DNA of 64,000 nucleotides from Longimicrobiales bacterium (GCA_965249725.1 CBDFMQ010000001.1:64001-128000), one strand, 5' to 3'; positions 18,239 to 27,585 are shown, counted from the first letter of the stretch. The notes: a model not told the origin generated them from the sequence alone. Numbers and translations: made by a program.

Positions 18239-18507
18239 CCGTCCGCCCATTTCTTACTGCGCTCTTCCAGCACAGCGATCTTCGTCTTGATCTCGCCGAT
18301 GTCGTGCTCCACGCCTCGGATCGCCGCTAGCACCTTCGTGTCAACCGCCTCGTGGCGGCGCACGCTCTCCTCGATCATCCGCATCCGCGCTTCCATGTCC
18401 TTCTGCCACTCGACGCCCGTCCGAATGAACCGCCAGTAGAAGCCGAACACGGCGGTAAGCAGCCCAACTCCGAACGCGATGTCCGCGAGCGTGATCGCCT
18501 CAGCCAT
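18235..18507 (-). CDS. Small membrane protein with coiled coil
   Basis: One N-terminal TM helix plus heptad pattern ending IAVLEER; GGAG upstream. Confidence 0.7.
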   Translation of the reverse strand: MAEAITLADIAFGVGLLTAVFGFYWRFIRTGVEWQKDMEARMRMIEESVRRHEAVDTKVLAAIRGVEHDIGEIKTKIAVLEERSKKWADG

Positions 18508-18530
18508 AAGGGAGCCGCCTCAGGGGCGCC

Positions 18531-19628
18531 TCACACACTGTCGATGTAGCGGATCGCGGAGGGCCGCTTCACATTCAGGCCGCTGATCTTGTACTCGATC
18601 GGCGAGCAGACCGTGTAGCCCTTGTTCAGCGTCGTGAGCACCCGCGGTGGGATCGACATCGCCATCTCCATCACTCGCCGATCGTTGACCGCGACGATCA
18701 TCCGGTCCGTGCTCGATGAGCCCGCGCTGTCCAGCTCGGCCAGCCACTTGAGCATCGGCATCTGGCCCGTGTAGCTGTACCAGGCGTTGTGCTTCTCGAA
18801 GTAGCTCCAGACGCTCTCGTTGATGTCCGTGAGCCGCGTGTGCGTCACGGCCGACGCCTGCTCGATCGGCAGGTAGATGCAGAGCCCGGAACGAAGCGTG
18901 CGCCCGAACACTTCCTTCGTGTCCGTGATGATCTTGAGCACCTCCGCCTGGAGGAACTTCACCATCTCGTCCGGCGTGAGCGCGCTGATCGTAGTGGAGG
19001 CATTCGTGCGCGAGACCTTGCCCGCGCCCGTCGTCCCCAGGTTCGTCAGCCCCTTGAACCCGCGCGATGCGTCGCCTTCGAGCCCGACCGTCTCGATATG
19101 GTCCATCGCGCCGCGTATTGCGGCCGTGACCGTCTCGGAGTCGAGCGCAACGCCGGTGAACATCGCGCGCCGCAGGTCCTCGATCGTCCACTCGGGCACG
19201 ATTCCCGCGTACTCCAGCGGATACGGCACGAGCCGCACGCCGGCATTTGCGCTGGGAGCCGAGTCGCCGTCGTTATCGATGAACCGGCCCAGTCCCGCAT
19301 GGTCGACCACCCGGTAGGCGTAGCTCGTCGCGCCTTCAGGCACGTCCGAGATAATCGGAATGAACTCGGGCAGCCGGTGCTCGGTGTACAGGATCTCGTC
19401 AATCGTCGACTGGATGGCCTGTAGGTTGTTCGTCAGGAACCCGAGTACCTGGGCCTCGCCCTCGAATGCACGGTGCGTTACTCCGCCCAGCGCCTGAAAG
19501 CTGTGCGCCTGCCGCCCGACCGCCTGCGCGCCCGCCGTTAGGTACTCGGTCACCGTCGCCTGGCCCGAACGCTGTTCCAGCTCGCGCAGGTGCCTGTAGT
19601 CGTTTTGTTCTCGACCGAAGATGTCCAT
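18531..19628 (-). CDS. Major capsid protein (DUF2184-like)
   Basis: 365 aa; FL...L..I...I.E..Y, G......FKGLTN and C-terminal GLNVKRPSAIRYID motifs. Confidence 0.88.
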   Translation of the reverse strand: MDIFGREQNDYRHLRELEQRSGQATVTEYLTAGAQAVGRQAHSFQALGGVTHRAFEGEAQVLGFLTNNLQAIQSTIDEILYTEHRLPEFIPIISDVPEGATSYAYRVVDHAGLGRFIDNDGDSAPSANAGVRLVPYPLEYAGIVPEWTIEDLRRAMFTGVALDSETVTAAIRGAMDHIETVGLEGDASRGFKGLTNLGTTGAGKVSRTNASTTISALTPDEMVKFLQAEVLKIITDTKEVFGRTLRSGLCIYLPIEQASAVTHTRLTDINESVWSYFEKHNAWYSYTGQMPMLKWLAELDSAGSSSTDRMIVAVNDRRVMEMAMSIPPRVLTTLNKGYTVCSPIEYKISGLNVKRPSAIRYIDSV

Positions 19629-19642
19629 TTGGATCGCCTTGC

Positions 19643-20299
19643 TTAGTAGTTGAGACCCGCGAACCGAAGCTCGACCAGCCCGCCTTCCGCTGCACTCGAA
19701 ACCGCCACCGCTGGCGACTTCGGGAACGTCTTGGTGGCACCCCGCACGTAGGCGCTCACACCGTCGTTGAGGCCGGTGATCGCGCCCTGCACGTAGGTGC
19801 TCAAGCCCTCCGCATTCACGGTGCCGCTGTAGGCGGCGGGCTCCACCGCATCGAAGTCGGCGATTGCCCGGGCGTGCTTGATCCAGTCCTTGTCGGTGCC
19901 GTGATCGAACACGACCAAGTCGCCGAACTCCAGAGCCTCGCCGGCAACCGCGAAGAACGTCCCGAAGATCCCGATCTTCACGACCCGGCCGTGCTCGTAT
20001 TCGACCAGTGTGTCGGAGTTCGCGTCCGTGCCCGGAGCCGGCTTGGAACCCTGCACCGTGCCCGCGTCGTAGATCACGATCCCCTCGACGAGTAGCGACT
20101 GGTCAAGGCTCGTGGGGACCCGGAAGTCCTTGTTCGTCGTGTTGTAGTAGACGCCGTATCCCGGCTTCGGCTTCGTCCCGTTGGTCGGCACGCCGACCGG
20201 GCCCGTGACGAACTCCATCGGTGCCCCCGGCTTCGCCTTCGAGCCGGGCCAGCCGGCCTGCTGGTGTCTCCCATAGGAACTCTGGATCGGTGCGGCCAT
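19643..20299 (-). CDS. Capsid cement/decoration protein
   Basis: IQSSY......G.PG N-terminus; position between protease and capsid. Confidence 0.7.
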   Translation of the reverse strand: MAAPIQSSYGRHQQAGWPGSKAKPGAPMEFVTGPVGVPTNGTKPKPGYGVYYNTTNKDFRVPTSLDQSLLVEGIVIYDAGTVQGSKPAPGTDANSDTLVEYEHGRVVKIGIFGTFFAVAGEALEFGDLVVFDHGTDKDWIKHARAIADFDAVEPAAYSGTVNAEGLSTYVQGAITGLNDGVSAYVRGATKTFPKSPAVAVSSAAEGGLVELRFAGLNY

Positions 20300-20306
20300 G
20301 GGTCTT

Positions 20307-21356
20307 CTAGCTCCTCTGTGTCACGCTGTCGCGTTGCGCGATCAGGCTCATGATGGTCGGGCGCTGGTACTGTACCGGACCGCGAGATGCGGATGCGACC
20401 TGCGGCTCATTGCTGGGGGCCTGCGAGCGCGCCGAGATCACCGTGTCCAACACGCCCCGTAGGTAGGACTCGTCGCCGCGGTGGCCTTCGGGTACCCGGT
20501 CGCCGACCGCAGCTTGCAGGATCTCTAGGTCGCTTGCCGTGCTGAAATCCTTGTCCGGTACCAGCCGCTGAGCAGCGACCAACAGTTCGGCCCGCTTCTG
20601 CGCTGCGGCACGTACTTGCTCCACGTCGCTCGACTGGCCGGCCGCGCCAGATGGCGGGTCCGTGGTCCCGATTGGCCCCGCCGGACTTTGTCCGATTGGC
20701 CCCGCCGGGCTTTGCCCGATTGGCCCCGCCGGGCCTCTATGGCCGGTCGACCCGATTGGCCCCGCCGGGCTCGGTTCCTCCTCCTCTAGCAAGGCTTCGC
20801 CCTCACCGAGCGGGGCTGCGTCCCCGCCAAGCACGCCCTCTTCTACGACAATCTTCCCGCTTGGAGCGGCTTGGTGGTTCGCCGCTGGCTGCTGAGACTT
20901 GTAGGACACGGCCTCCTCCTTCAGTAAGTGCTCCAGCATCGCGCCGTGCGAAGCGCGCAGCGCCTCCGGGTCCCTCGGTATGCTCACCAGCGACCATTCC
21001 ATGAGCGTCGGAGTTCCGTCCTTCTCGTACTTCCAGCCAGCCGATGCGGCACCCAGGAACCCTCGGTCCCATGCGTTCTTCACACGGTCCGCTAGATCGT
21101 CGCCGGGTAGGAACTCGAATTCCGCTACCAGGCCTTCCGGGGCCATCTCCAGACGTGCCGTGCGGCCGATCGGGAGACCCTCGTACTGATCGTGCTGCCA
21201 CAGCACCACCGGGTTCGCCAGATAGCGGTCCGTCTTCAGCTGGGCCAGGTCCAGCGCCGGCATCCCCTCGTCGTTGCGCGCCGAGACCACGACCCGGTAG
21301 CCATCGCCTTCTTCGGCCGCCGTCCTGTCCGTTACCAACAGATGGGTGCGATGCAT
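20307..21356 (-). CDS. Prohead protease (HK97-type) fused to scaffold
   Basis: NPVVLWQHD....PIG, GFL.AAS.G, LMEWSLVSIP.DPEAL; low-complexity linker and helical C-terminus; ATG at 21356. Confidence 0.85.
   Translation of the reverse strand: MHRTHLLVTDRTAAEEGDGYRVVVSARNDEGMPALDLAQLKTDRYLANPVVLWQHDQYEGLPIGRTARLEMAPEGLVAEFEFLPGDDLADRVKNAWDRGFLGAASAGWKYEKDGTPTLMEWSLVSIPRDPEALRASHGAMLEHLLKEEAVSYKSQQPAANHQAAPSGKIVVEEGVLGGDAAPLGEGEALLEEEEPSPAGPIGSTGHRGPAGPIGQSPAGPIGQSPAGPIGTTDPPSGAAGQSSDVEQVRAAAQKRAELLVAAQRLVPDKDFSTASDLEILQAAVGDRVPEGHRGDESYLRGVLDTVISARSQAPSNEPQVASASRGPVQYQRPTIMSLIAQRDSVTQRS
20668..20768. repeat. Four copies of CCGATTGGCCCCGCCGG (PAGPIG peptide repeat)
   Basis: Copies at 20668, 20692, 20716 and 20752 (spacing 24, 24, 36). 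Confidence 0.9.
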
Positions 21357-21438
21357 ACTGTATATTGTGGTATGAAACAGATAATGTACAGTCTTAGTAC
21401 TGTATATAGTATGTGGACATGTCAAGAGAGGGAAGGGA
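21357..21438. promoter_or_regulatory. AT-rich divergent promoter region between protease and lysis genes
   Basis: TACAGT-N6-ACTGTA palindrome at 21387-21404, two TACTGTATAT copies, minus-strand TTGACA at 21420-21425. Confidence 0.6.
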
Positions 21439-21771
21439 ATGTCCCGGGATTCCAGAGGGTTCTTCCGCGATGAGCGTGGTGCGAGGAGTGCTGCACGGGT
21501 ACTGCTCATGACGGTCGTCGCCTACACGCTGATCCTCATTCTCGGCGATGCGCTGGGCTGGCTGGCCGTCGGCACCGACGCCTACACGCTGCTCGGCGGG
21601 CTCGTGACGATTCTCGGCGCCTGGGCCGGTGGGCCGCGCGCCATGCAGTACCTCGGTCCGCAGGTGGGCGCGGTGCTCTCGCGGGTCGGTGGCAGACGTC
21701 GCGGCTACTCAGGGCCCGAGGTGTCCGTGCGCGTGGGAGACGATCCGGCGACGGACGATGAACGCGGCTGA
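21439..21771 (+). CDS. Putative holin
   Basis: Two TM helices and charged C-terminus; directly upstream of the amidase. Confidence 0.7.
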   Translation: MSRDSRGFFRDERGARSAARVLLMTVVAYTLILILGDALGWLAVGTDAYTLLGGLVTILGAWAGGPRAMQYLGPQVGAVLSRVGGRRRGYSGPEVSVRVGDDPATDDERG

Positions 21772-22324
21772 ACTCGCGCTCTCCTTCACGCCCAGCGTGA
21801 TCGAGCTCCGTCCCAAGGCCCACGCTTGGAACGATCGGCTCAGGGAAACCCGCCGTGGCGTCATGCTCCACTACGACGCTTCGCGTTCGGACGCCGGAGC
21901 GGTAGCGTGGCTCTCCTCACCCGAGATCAGGGCGTCCTACAACCTCATCGTCTACGACGACGGGTCGTGGGCCACGATTGCGCCGCTTTCCGCCCGTGCG
22001 TGGCATGCCGGGAAGTGCCGGCCGTCGGAGGGCGTCGTGGCCTACGAGGACGCGAACTCCGCGTTCTACGGCGTCGCCATCCTGAACTCCGGGCGCGAGG
22101 ACGTGACACCGCGTCAGATGCTCACGACCGCTTGGCTCACCCACCGCCTCTTCACCAGGCACGGTTGGCCCCTCAGCGAGGCATGGCGTCTGACCACGCA
22201 CTCCGCCGAGGCGTGGCCACGTGGCCGCAAGATCGACCCCGAAGGACCCGATCCAGCGAACCCGATACTCAGCCGGGCCGACATCCTCGATCTGCTGCCC
22301 ATCGTGCACGGGCCGCCGCTGTGA
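21758..22324 (+). CDS. Endolysin, N-acetylmuramoyl-L-alanine amidase (Amidase_2)
   Basis: VMLHYDA, ASYN..V..DG, RAWHAG, TTHS, RKIDP zinc-amidase motifs. Confidence 0.88.
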   Translation: MNAAELALSFTPSVIELRPKAHAWNDRLRETRRGVMLHYDASRSDAGAVAWLSSPEIRASYNLIVYDDGSWATIAPLSARAWHAGKCRPSEGVVAYEDANSAFYGVAILNSGREDVTPRQMLTTAWLTHRLFTRHGWPLSEAWRLTTHSAEAWPRGRKIDPEGPDPANPILSRADILDLLPIVHGPPL

Positions 22325-22965
22325 GCCTCTTGCTCCGCTACCCGCGTGAGATCGCCGTCCTCGCGCTCGGCGCGCTGGCCTTCGCCGCGTTCTGGGGCTG
22401 GGTCGGTGAGCGGGAACGGGCGGCGGCTGCTCAGGCACGAGCCGAGATCGTTCAGCAGCGCCTCGACGCCTCCCTGGACTCGCTTGACATCGAACGCGTT
22501 CGCAGGGCCAGCGCCGACTCCCTGGCCGCCCGGAACCTGCGCGAACTGGTTGACGAGCGTGCCGAGAACGAGAGAGCCGAGCGGGCGGCTGAGGATGCTG
22601 TGCGATTGGCCGAACAGAACGTCGCCATTACCCTGGACAGCATCCGGGACAATGCTACGCCCGAAATCCGCGACGTCGTGAACAGGCTTGACGTTCAACT
22701 AGACCAGGAACGGACAGCCAGCCGCACACTCGTCCGGTCGCTACGCTCACAGCTCGCGGTCGCTGATTCCACTGCCTGGCTCTGGCAGACTCGCTACGTC
22801 GCCGCCGAAAGGGTCATCGCCACCCAGGACCAGGTGATCCAGGACTACGAGGCTCGCCTACGGGTCGAGCTACAGCGCAACGACACGAGCTGGTCGGGCC
22901 CTCTCGTCAGTGCGGTGAAGTACGCGGGCGTGTTCGCGGCGGGCTATGCGCTGGCGAGCCGGTGA
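22321..22965 (+). CDS. Spanin-like membrane-anchored coiled-coil protein
   Basis: GTGA overlap with amidase; N-terminal TM, long coiled coil, hydrophobic C-terminus. Confidence 0.6.
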   Translation: MSLLLRYPREIAVLALGALAFAAFWGWVGERERAAAAQARAEIVQQRLDASLDSLDIERVRRASADSLAARNLRELVDERAENERAERAAEDAVRLAEQNVAITLDSIRDNATPEIRDVVNRLDVQLDQERTASRTLVRSLRSQLAVADSTAWLWQTRYVAAERVIATQDQVIQDYEARLRVELQRNDTSWSGPLVSAVKYAGVFAAGYALASR

Positions 22966-23009
22966 AGACGTGATCTCGGGCCCTAACTTTCCTCCGGCAA
23001 TGGGGCAGG

Positions 23010-23333
23010 TTATCCAACGATCTCCTTGAGCCGCTTCCCCACGAAGCTGTTCATGGACGTCCTGTGCGCCGCTGCTGCGGTGGCGAGCTGGCGGTGCAGT
23101 AGCGGGTCAACACGAATCTGGAACTGCCCCGAGTAGGGCTTGTCGGGGTCGGTACCGTCTTCCTCGCACATCTCGAAGTAGAGGTCCACGGCCTGGTGCA
23201 TCGAGTCCTCGAGCTCGTCGACCGTTCGACCCTCGAAGCCGATGATGTCACGCAGTCCGACCACTTCCCCGTAGAACATCCGATCCGTGCCGCTGAACTC
23301 AACGACCCCCGTATAGCCCTTGTACTCGATCAT
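23010..23333 (-). CDS. hicB: HicB-family antitoxin
   Basis: MIEYKGY.G.VEF......FYGEV.GLRD.I.FEG.TVDEL...PDKPYSGQF.IR..P.LH. Confidence 0.93.
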   Translation of the reverse strand: MIEYKGYTGVVEFSGTDRMFYGEVVGLRDIIGFEGRTVDELEDSMHQAVDLYFEMCEEDGTDPDKPYSGQFQIRVDPLLHRQLATAAAAHRTSMNSFVGKRLKEIVG

Positions 23334-23581
23334 GGTGTCACCTCCTGATCCTCAAGCAATCTGCGCACCCTCTTCACCAAACCCTCGCCTGCGTTGTTCC
23401 GACCATGCGGTCTGTGGTAGGCGAGCTTCTGTCCGCCCATCGAGATTTTCATGCCCTTGCCGCTTGGTGTGATGGTGGCCCCACAGGCCAGAAGAAGAGA
23501 CTCGATGTCCTGCCACTTGATATTGCCGTTGGTCGGCTTTGCGTAGATCGCGGCGAGCGTCTTGAAGTGTTTCTTTTTCAC
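23330..23581 (-). CDS. hicA: HicA-family toxin
   Basis: KH.KTL.AIY.KP..GNIKW.DIESLL...GA, HRPH motif; ATGA overlap with hicB. Confidence 0.92.
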   Translation of the reverse strand: MKKKHFKTLAAIYAKPTNGNIKWQDIESLLLACGATITPSGKGMKISMGGQKLAYHRPHGRNNAGEGLVKRVRRLLEDQEVTP

Positions 23582-23616
23582 GGTACCAATTTAACTATGT
23601 TATAGTACCATGTCAA
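23582..23616 (-). promoter_or_regulatory. Sigma70 promoter of hicAB, probably leaderless
   Basis: TTGACA (23616-23611), 17 nt, TAAATT (23593-23588), GTG start 7 nt later; GTACCA/GATACTA operator-like repeats. Confidence 0.75.
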
Positions 23617-23708
23617 CCATTTAGTGATACTATTTCCCTCACAGTGTCTTGCCCGTCCACATGACCTGACCGCGTCGCCGGCGCTGTCAGAACACTGCTA
23701 GAGCTTCC

Positions 23709-24434
23709 TCAGTCGAAGACGGCCTCGGCTACGCAGCGGCACATGACATCGTTACCGGGATGTCCGGTATCGGCTGGGGGGCTGTCCCACCGAAAGACGC
23801 GCCCGGAGTTGGACTGATGGGTGGGCCGGACGCGCTCATCGCCGCTCGTGGACCAACGATAGCGCTCGACCCCCATCTCGCGTTGACGCAGCTCGGTAAG
23901 CGCGCCGATCGCCTTGGTGGTCTGGTCGCGTGCGATCACCCGAGCGTTCCAAGCCGCATCCTTCCCGACTCCGCGTACGAGTGCTTCGAGGGCCCGGCGG
24001 TCAAACGGCTCGCGTGCCAGGTGTACGGCATGGATCTTCTTGCGCAGCGACTCGACGGTGCGTGGCGGAAGGCTGCGTATGAGGCGCACGTTTTCGTCGA
24101 TTCGGCTACGCCAGTCCATCGGCGGCAGTTCGGACAACCGTGGGGTCATCCGCGTCGCTGCCCGCCAGGCCCGAAGCGTACGGTTTCGATGCCAGCCATT
24201 CAGGGCCGCGAAGTACTGCTCGATTCGCCGAACGGGCGCGTCGGGGTCCGGCGTCTCGGCTGCGACGTGTAGGGGGCGCTGTGTCTCGGTGATCGCTTCG
24301 GGCCACGAGCCGACCCCACGCATCCGGGCCCTGATCCGCTCCATTAGAGGGTCGGTAACGGATCGACGTATGAGCTTTTCATAGGCCATCATGTCGGCGA
24401 GCCGCGCGTGGATCGGAGCCGGACTACGGGGCAC
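23709..24434 (-). CDS. Minor head protein (SPP1 gp7 / Mu F-like)
   Basis: ARVIARDQTTK, Y.WSTSGDERVRPTH, HPG.D..CRCVA motifs; start uncertain. Confidence 0.9.
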   Translation of the reverse strand: MPRSPAPIHARLADMMAYEKLIRRSVTDPLMERIRARMRGVGSWPEAITETQRPLHVAAETPDPDAPVRRIEQYFAALNGWHRNRTLRAWRAATRMTPRLSELPPMDWRSRIDENVRLIRSLPPRTVESLRKKIHAVHLAREPFDRRALEALVRGVGKDAAWNARVIARDQTTKAIGALTELRQREMGVERYRWSTSGDERVRPTHQSNSGRVFRWDSPPADTGHPGNDVMCRCVAEAVFD

Positions 24435-24454
24435 CGTCTACCTCTCCGGTCGGT

Positions 24455-25837
24455 TCAACCGAGGGGTTCCGTCTCACGCTCACGCGGCAGCGTGATGTCG
24501 GGCCACTCCTCAAGTTCACCGAACAACTCGTCACCATCGAGCGCGGCCCGAGCCTCGTTCTCGTCGATCACCTGCGCATCGACCGCGACCTTCACCGCCT
24601 CAGCTCGCGCCTTCGATACAACCGCCCGTTCCTCGTCCGAAGCGTCGATGATCGAGGGCCAGGAGTACGGCAGCCGCTCGGCCAACCCTGCGGAACGCGC
24701 CAACACCATGTCGAGCGTACGCAGCGGTTCGGTGAGCAGCCGCTTTTGCTGGGCGGCGACATTGGATGCGTAGTTCTTCATGTCGCTCTCGCCGGTAGCG
24801 TTCATCCCCACCGGTGACTGGCCCCAGAACCGGGTCGCCGGGATGTCGGCCGCAGCCGCTAGGCGACGCGCGAATCGGTCCATGAGATCCGGCAACCCCG
24901 ACCAGGTCACGTTCACACGCTCGAACTCGTCGCCGGAATCGAGGAACATCGTGCGGTAAAGCGACTTGAACGTGTTGATCTCCTCGCCCATCTGGGCGGG
25001 CGTGGGGTCGTCGGGCTCGCCGCCACCCGCCATCGCTTCCCGCAGCCCCATGAGTTTGAGCACCGGGATCGACGCTTCGCTCGTCAGGTGGCTCGCCCCG
25101 GATGCGACGGCCTGATCCTGCAGCAGCGAGAGCAGCACGGGGATCACGCACGAGACGCCCCACTCGCGCTGATAGACGGTGTAGCCGGAAGCGGACAGGG
25201 GCGTCAGGCCATCGAACCGCAGCACCCGCGACGCGTGCACGTGGAACGGACGGCCCAGGGCCGGGGACATGTGGTACTCAAGCGTCTGCCCGTAGGTCGG
25301 CGAGTATGGGTTCTCGTCCCACGCGAAGCGGATCGCGTCGTGGCGGTCGAGCGGCAGCAGGTGGATCAGGTCACCCGGTCGCACTGCCTCCGGATCGAGC
25401 GGTTCCGACAGTTCGGCCTCGCGCGTGACCATGACGAGCAGGCCCGTGCCGTAGAGCCGCCCAGCCTTCATGGCGCGCGTGAGCCTGGGCACGACCTGAT
25501 ACTCGGCCTCAGCCTCCTTCATCGCCTCGACCTGGCCCGCGTCCTCGCCCTCGAAGCTGCGCCAGCGGATCGTCATGTCGTCGATCGGAATGTCGATGAA
25601 CTTCCGGCATGCCCACGACTCCACATAGATCGTTTCCAACTGCTGGCGGCTCTGTAGATACGTCGGCTGAAAGAACCCCGCATCGCTCTTGTCCGTGTGT
25701 CCGCCTGCGCCCGAGAGCGGGTTGCGGTAGCCGCCATGCGTGAGCGCTGGCCCGCTCCCGTAGGTACCGAACCCGGCGGTGCGCGCTGGCTTGCCCTGTG
25801 CATTCAGGATCACTGGTCGTTTCATTTCGCTCTTCAT
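24455..25837 (-). CDS. Portal protein (DUF1073-type)
   Basis: Y...W..RK.IDIP.DDM, RLYG.G, VHASRVLRF.G, AADIPATRFWGQSP.GMNATGESD..NY. Confidence 0.9.
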   Translation of the reverse strand: MKSEMKRPVILNAQGKPARTAGFGTYGSGPALTHGGYRNPLSGAGGHTDKSDAGFFQPTYLQSRQQLETIYVESWACRKFIDIPIDDMTIRWRSFEGEDAGQVEAMKEAEAEYQVVPRLTRAMKAGRLYGTGLLVMVTREAELSEPLDPEAVRPGDLIHLLPLDRHDAIRFAWDENPYSPTYGQTLEYHMSPALGRPFHVHASRVLRFDGLTPLSASGYTVYQREWGVSCVIPVLLSLLQDQAVASGASHLTSEASIPVLKLMGLREAMAGGGEPDDPTPAQMGEEINTFKSLYRTMFLDSGDEFERVNVTWSGLPDLMDRFARRLAAAADIPATRFWGQSPVGMNATGESDMKNYASNVAAQQKRLLTEPLRTLDMVLARSAGLAERLPYSWPSIIDASDEERAVVSKARAEAVKVAVDAQVIDENEARAALDGDELFGELEEWPDITLPRERETEPLG

Positions 25838-27192
25838 CTCAACCTCAGTCCGTATCGTGAATCGACCCCAAATGCCAATATCGCAGCATCATAGAGGTCG
25901 GGTGAAGGCGCGCCGTCCGGGCACTTCTCGATCTTCACGCGCCCGCTCGCGTCTTCTTCCCACTCCGGCTGGCCGAGTTCCGCGAGAAAGGATTCCAGCC
26001 TTGGGATCTTCGGATCGATGAACAGGCAGTACTCGGGGTTCACGTCCTCGCCGTCCATGAACCGCCGGGTCATCATCGCCCGCAGCCGGAGCGCCCAAGC
26101 GAGCTGGGCGTTACGCCTGGAGAAGAAGTCGGCGTTGGTCGCGCCTCGCGAGTACTGCGTTTTCTCGCCCGTGACCTTGCCGCCGAAGTTTACCGGCCGC
26201 GCGCTGTACGGCCTCTGCCCCATGTCGCGCAGATGAGAGCGCACGCCCGCACCCACGCCGCCAGCGTCGTAGTGCAGCACCGACGCCCCATGCTCGCGGC
26301 ACCATCGGTCCGCACGACGCGCCGTGTCGCCGAGCGAGCTGCCGTGCCAAGATTCCACATGGAGCATGCACGGGCCTTGGCGAGCGACCAGCGCGTTCAA
26401 GTCCGCGCCGGTATCGGCCACGTCCAGGCCGGCGTGGAGCATCCCCTTCGTATCGCCGCGCCGATCCCATGCGTCCACACAGGCTTGTAGCATCGCGTAG
26501 GGCAGCACCTTCCGGGCGTCACCTTCGTCGTCGCACTCCCCGAGCCAGATATGCGCGTAGCGATCCGGCTCGTCGCGCTGGCAGATGAGCCGTTCGGCCT
26601 CCAGTTCGGCAGGAAACCACGGGTTGTCCGCGTGGTTGACCTTGAGCACGACCGCGTTCTCGAGCCGTCCCGACGACGCGCAGAAGTCACGCCACACCGG
26701 GTCGCTACGGTAGCGCGGGTTGAACGTGAACCACAGCTCTGAGCCGGGCTTGCGAATCGTCGGGTACAGGATCTCCCGGCTCCGCTGGCTCATGCGCTGC
26801 GCCTCCTCGACCCAGACCGCGTCTACCGCCTCCCAGCCGCGAATCGCTTCCTCTGTGCTCGTGCTCATGCCACGGAAGAAAAACAGCGACCCGTTGCGAC
26901 CTCGGATGTAGTCGCGCTGGACCTCGAAGTGGGCCCCTAGCCCCAAGCGCCCGATACTGTCCTCGATCGTGCGCTTCGCCGACTCATGGATCGACTTCTG
27001 GTACTCGCGTACACACGCCACCCGAAGCGGGCGCTCCGCCGCGCGGAGCACCAGCAGCGTCGCGGTCGTCCACGTCTTACCCGACCCGCGTCCGCCGTAG
27101 AGCACCTTGTAGCGCGCCGGCCTAGTGAGCGGCTTCGCCCAGGCGGGCAGCTGCGCCCGGGCTGGCCGGTCGAGGACAGTGGAGAGGGTCAT
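25834..27192 (-). CDS. Terminase large subunit (PBSX family)
   Basis: Walker A YGGRGSGKT, Walker B WVEEAQ, PTIRKPGSE.W.TFNP, nuclease GLDVAD.G.D and SPDLYDA. Confidence 0.95.
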   Translation of the reverse strand: MTLSTVLDRPARAQLPAWAKPLTRPARYKVLYGGRGSGKTWTTATLLVLRAAERPLRVACVREYQKSIHESAKRTIEDSIGRLGLGAHFEVQRDYIRGRNGSLFFFRGMSTSTEEAIRGWEAVDAVWVEEAQRMSQRSREILYPTIRKPGSELWFTFNPRYRSDPVWRDFCASSGRLENAVVLKVNHADNPWFPAELEAERLICQRDEPDRYAHIWLGECDDEGDARKVLPYAMLQACVDAWDRRGDTKGMLHAGLDVADTGADLNALVARQGPCMLHVESWHGSSLGDTARRADRWCREHGASVLHYDAGGVGAGVRSHLRDMGQRPYSARPVNFGGKVTGEKTQYSRGATNADFFSRRNAQLAWALRLRAMMTRRFMDGEDVNPEYCLFIDPKIPRLESFLAELGQPEWEEDASGRVKIEKCPDGAPSPDLYDAAILAFGVDSRYGLRLR

Positions 27193-27216
27193 GCCTGAGC
27201 GAGGCCGCGCCGGAGC

Positions 27217-27585
27217 TCAGTCCGCATCGTCCCCCCCATCGGCCCCGTGCCACTCAACCTCCAGCTTCACCGGTTCCGATTGCACTGCCCCGCTGTGCTC
27301 CAGCGCCACCTTGTCACCGTAGACTTGGGGCCGGCGGCGTGACAGGAACCAGCGGGCCGTCTGCATGTCGCCCTTGAGACTCGCAGTGATTACCGCCAGC
27401 TCAATGCTGTCCAACGCCGTCTCGATCGCCGTGTTCCACCCTGCGTGGAACGCCTCCGACTCAGCGCGCCGCACGTAGACCGTCGTCCGCCCCACACCGG
27501 CGACTCGGCACGCCTCACTGACGTTCGCGAACTTGGCCAACGAGGCCAGGAACGCTTTTTCCCACTTACGCGCGCGCGTAGGCAT
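27217..27585 (-). CDS. Terminase small subunit
   Basis: FL..L....NVS.AC...GVGRTTVY..R HTH, WFL.RR.P..YG.K; upstream of terL. Confidence 0.8.
   Translation of the reverse strand: MPTRARKWEKAFLASLAKFANVSEACRVAGVGRTTVYVRRAESEAFHAGWNTAIETALDSIELAVITASLKGDMQTARWFLSRRRPQVYGDKVALEHSGAVQSEPVKLEVEWHGADGGDDAD

Noticed and set aside
21357..21410. E. coli-type SOS box (CTGT-N8-ACAG)
   Set aside because: Half-sites are present but at the wrong spacing or orientation
24455..25837. Anti-CBASS Acb1 label sometimes given to DUF1073 proteins
   Set aside because: Size, motifs and position fit a plain portal; no appended 2H-phosphodiesterase domain seen
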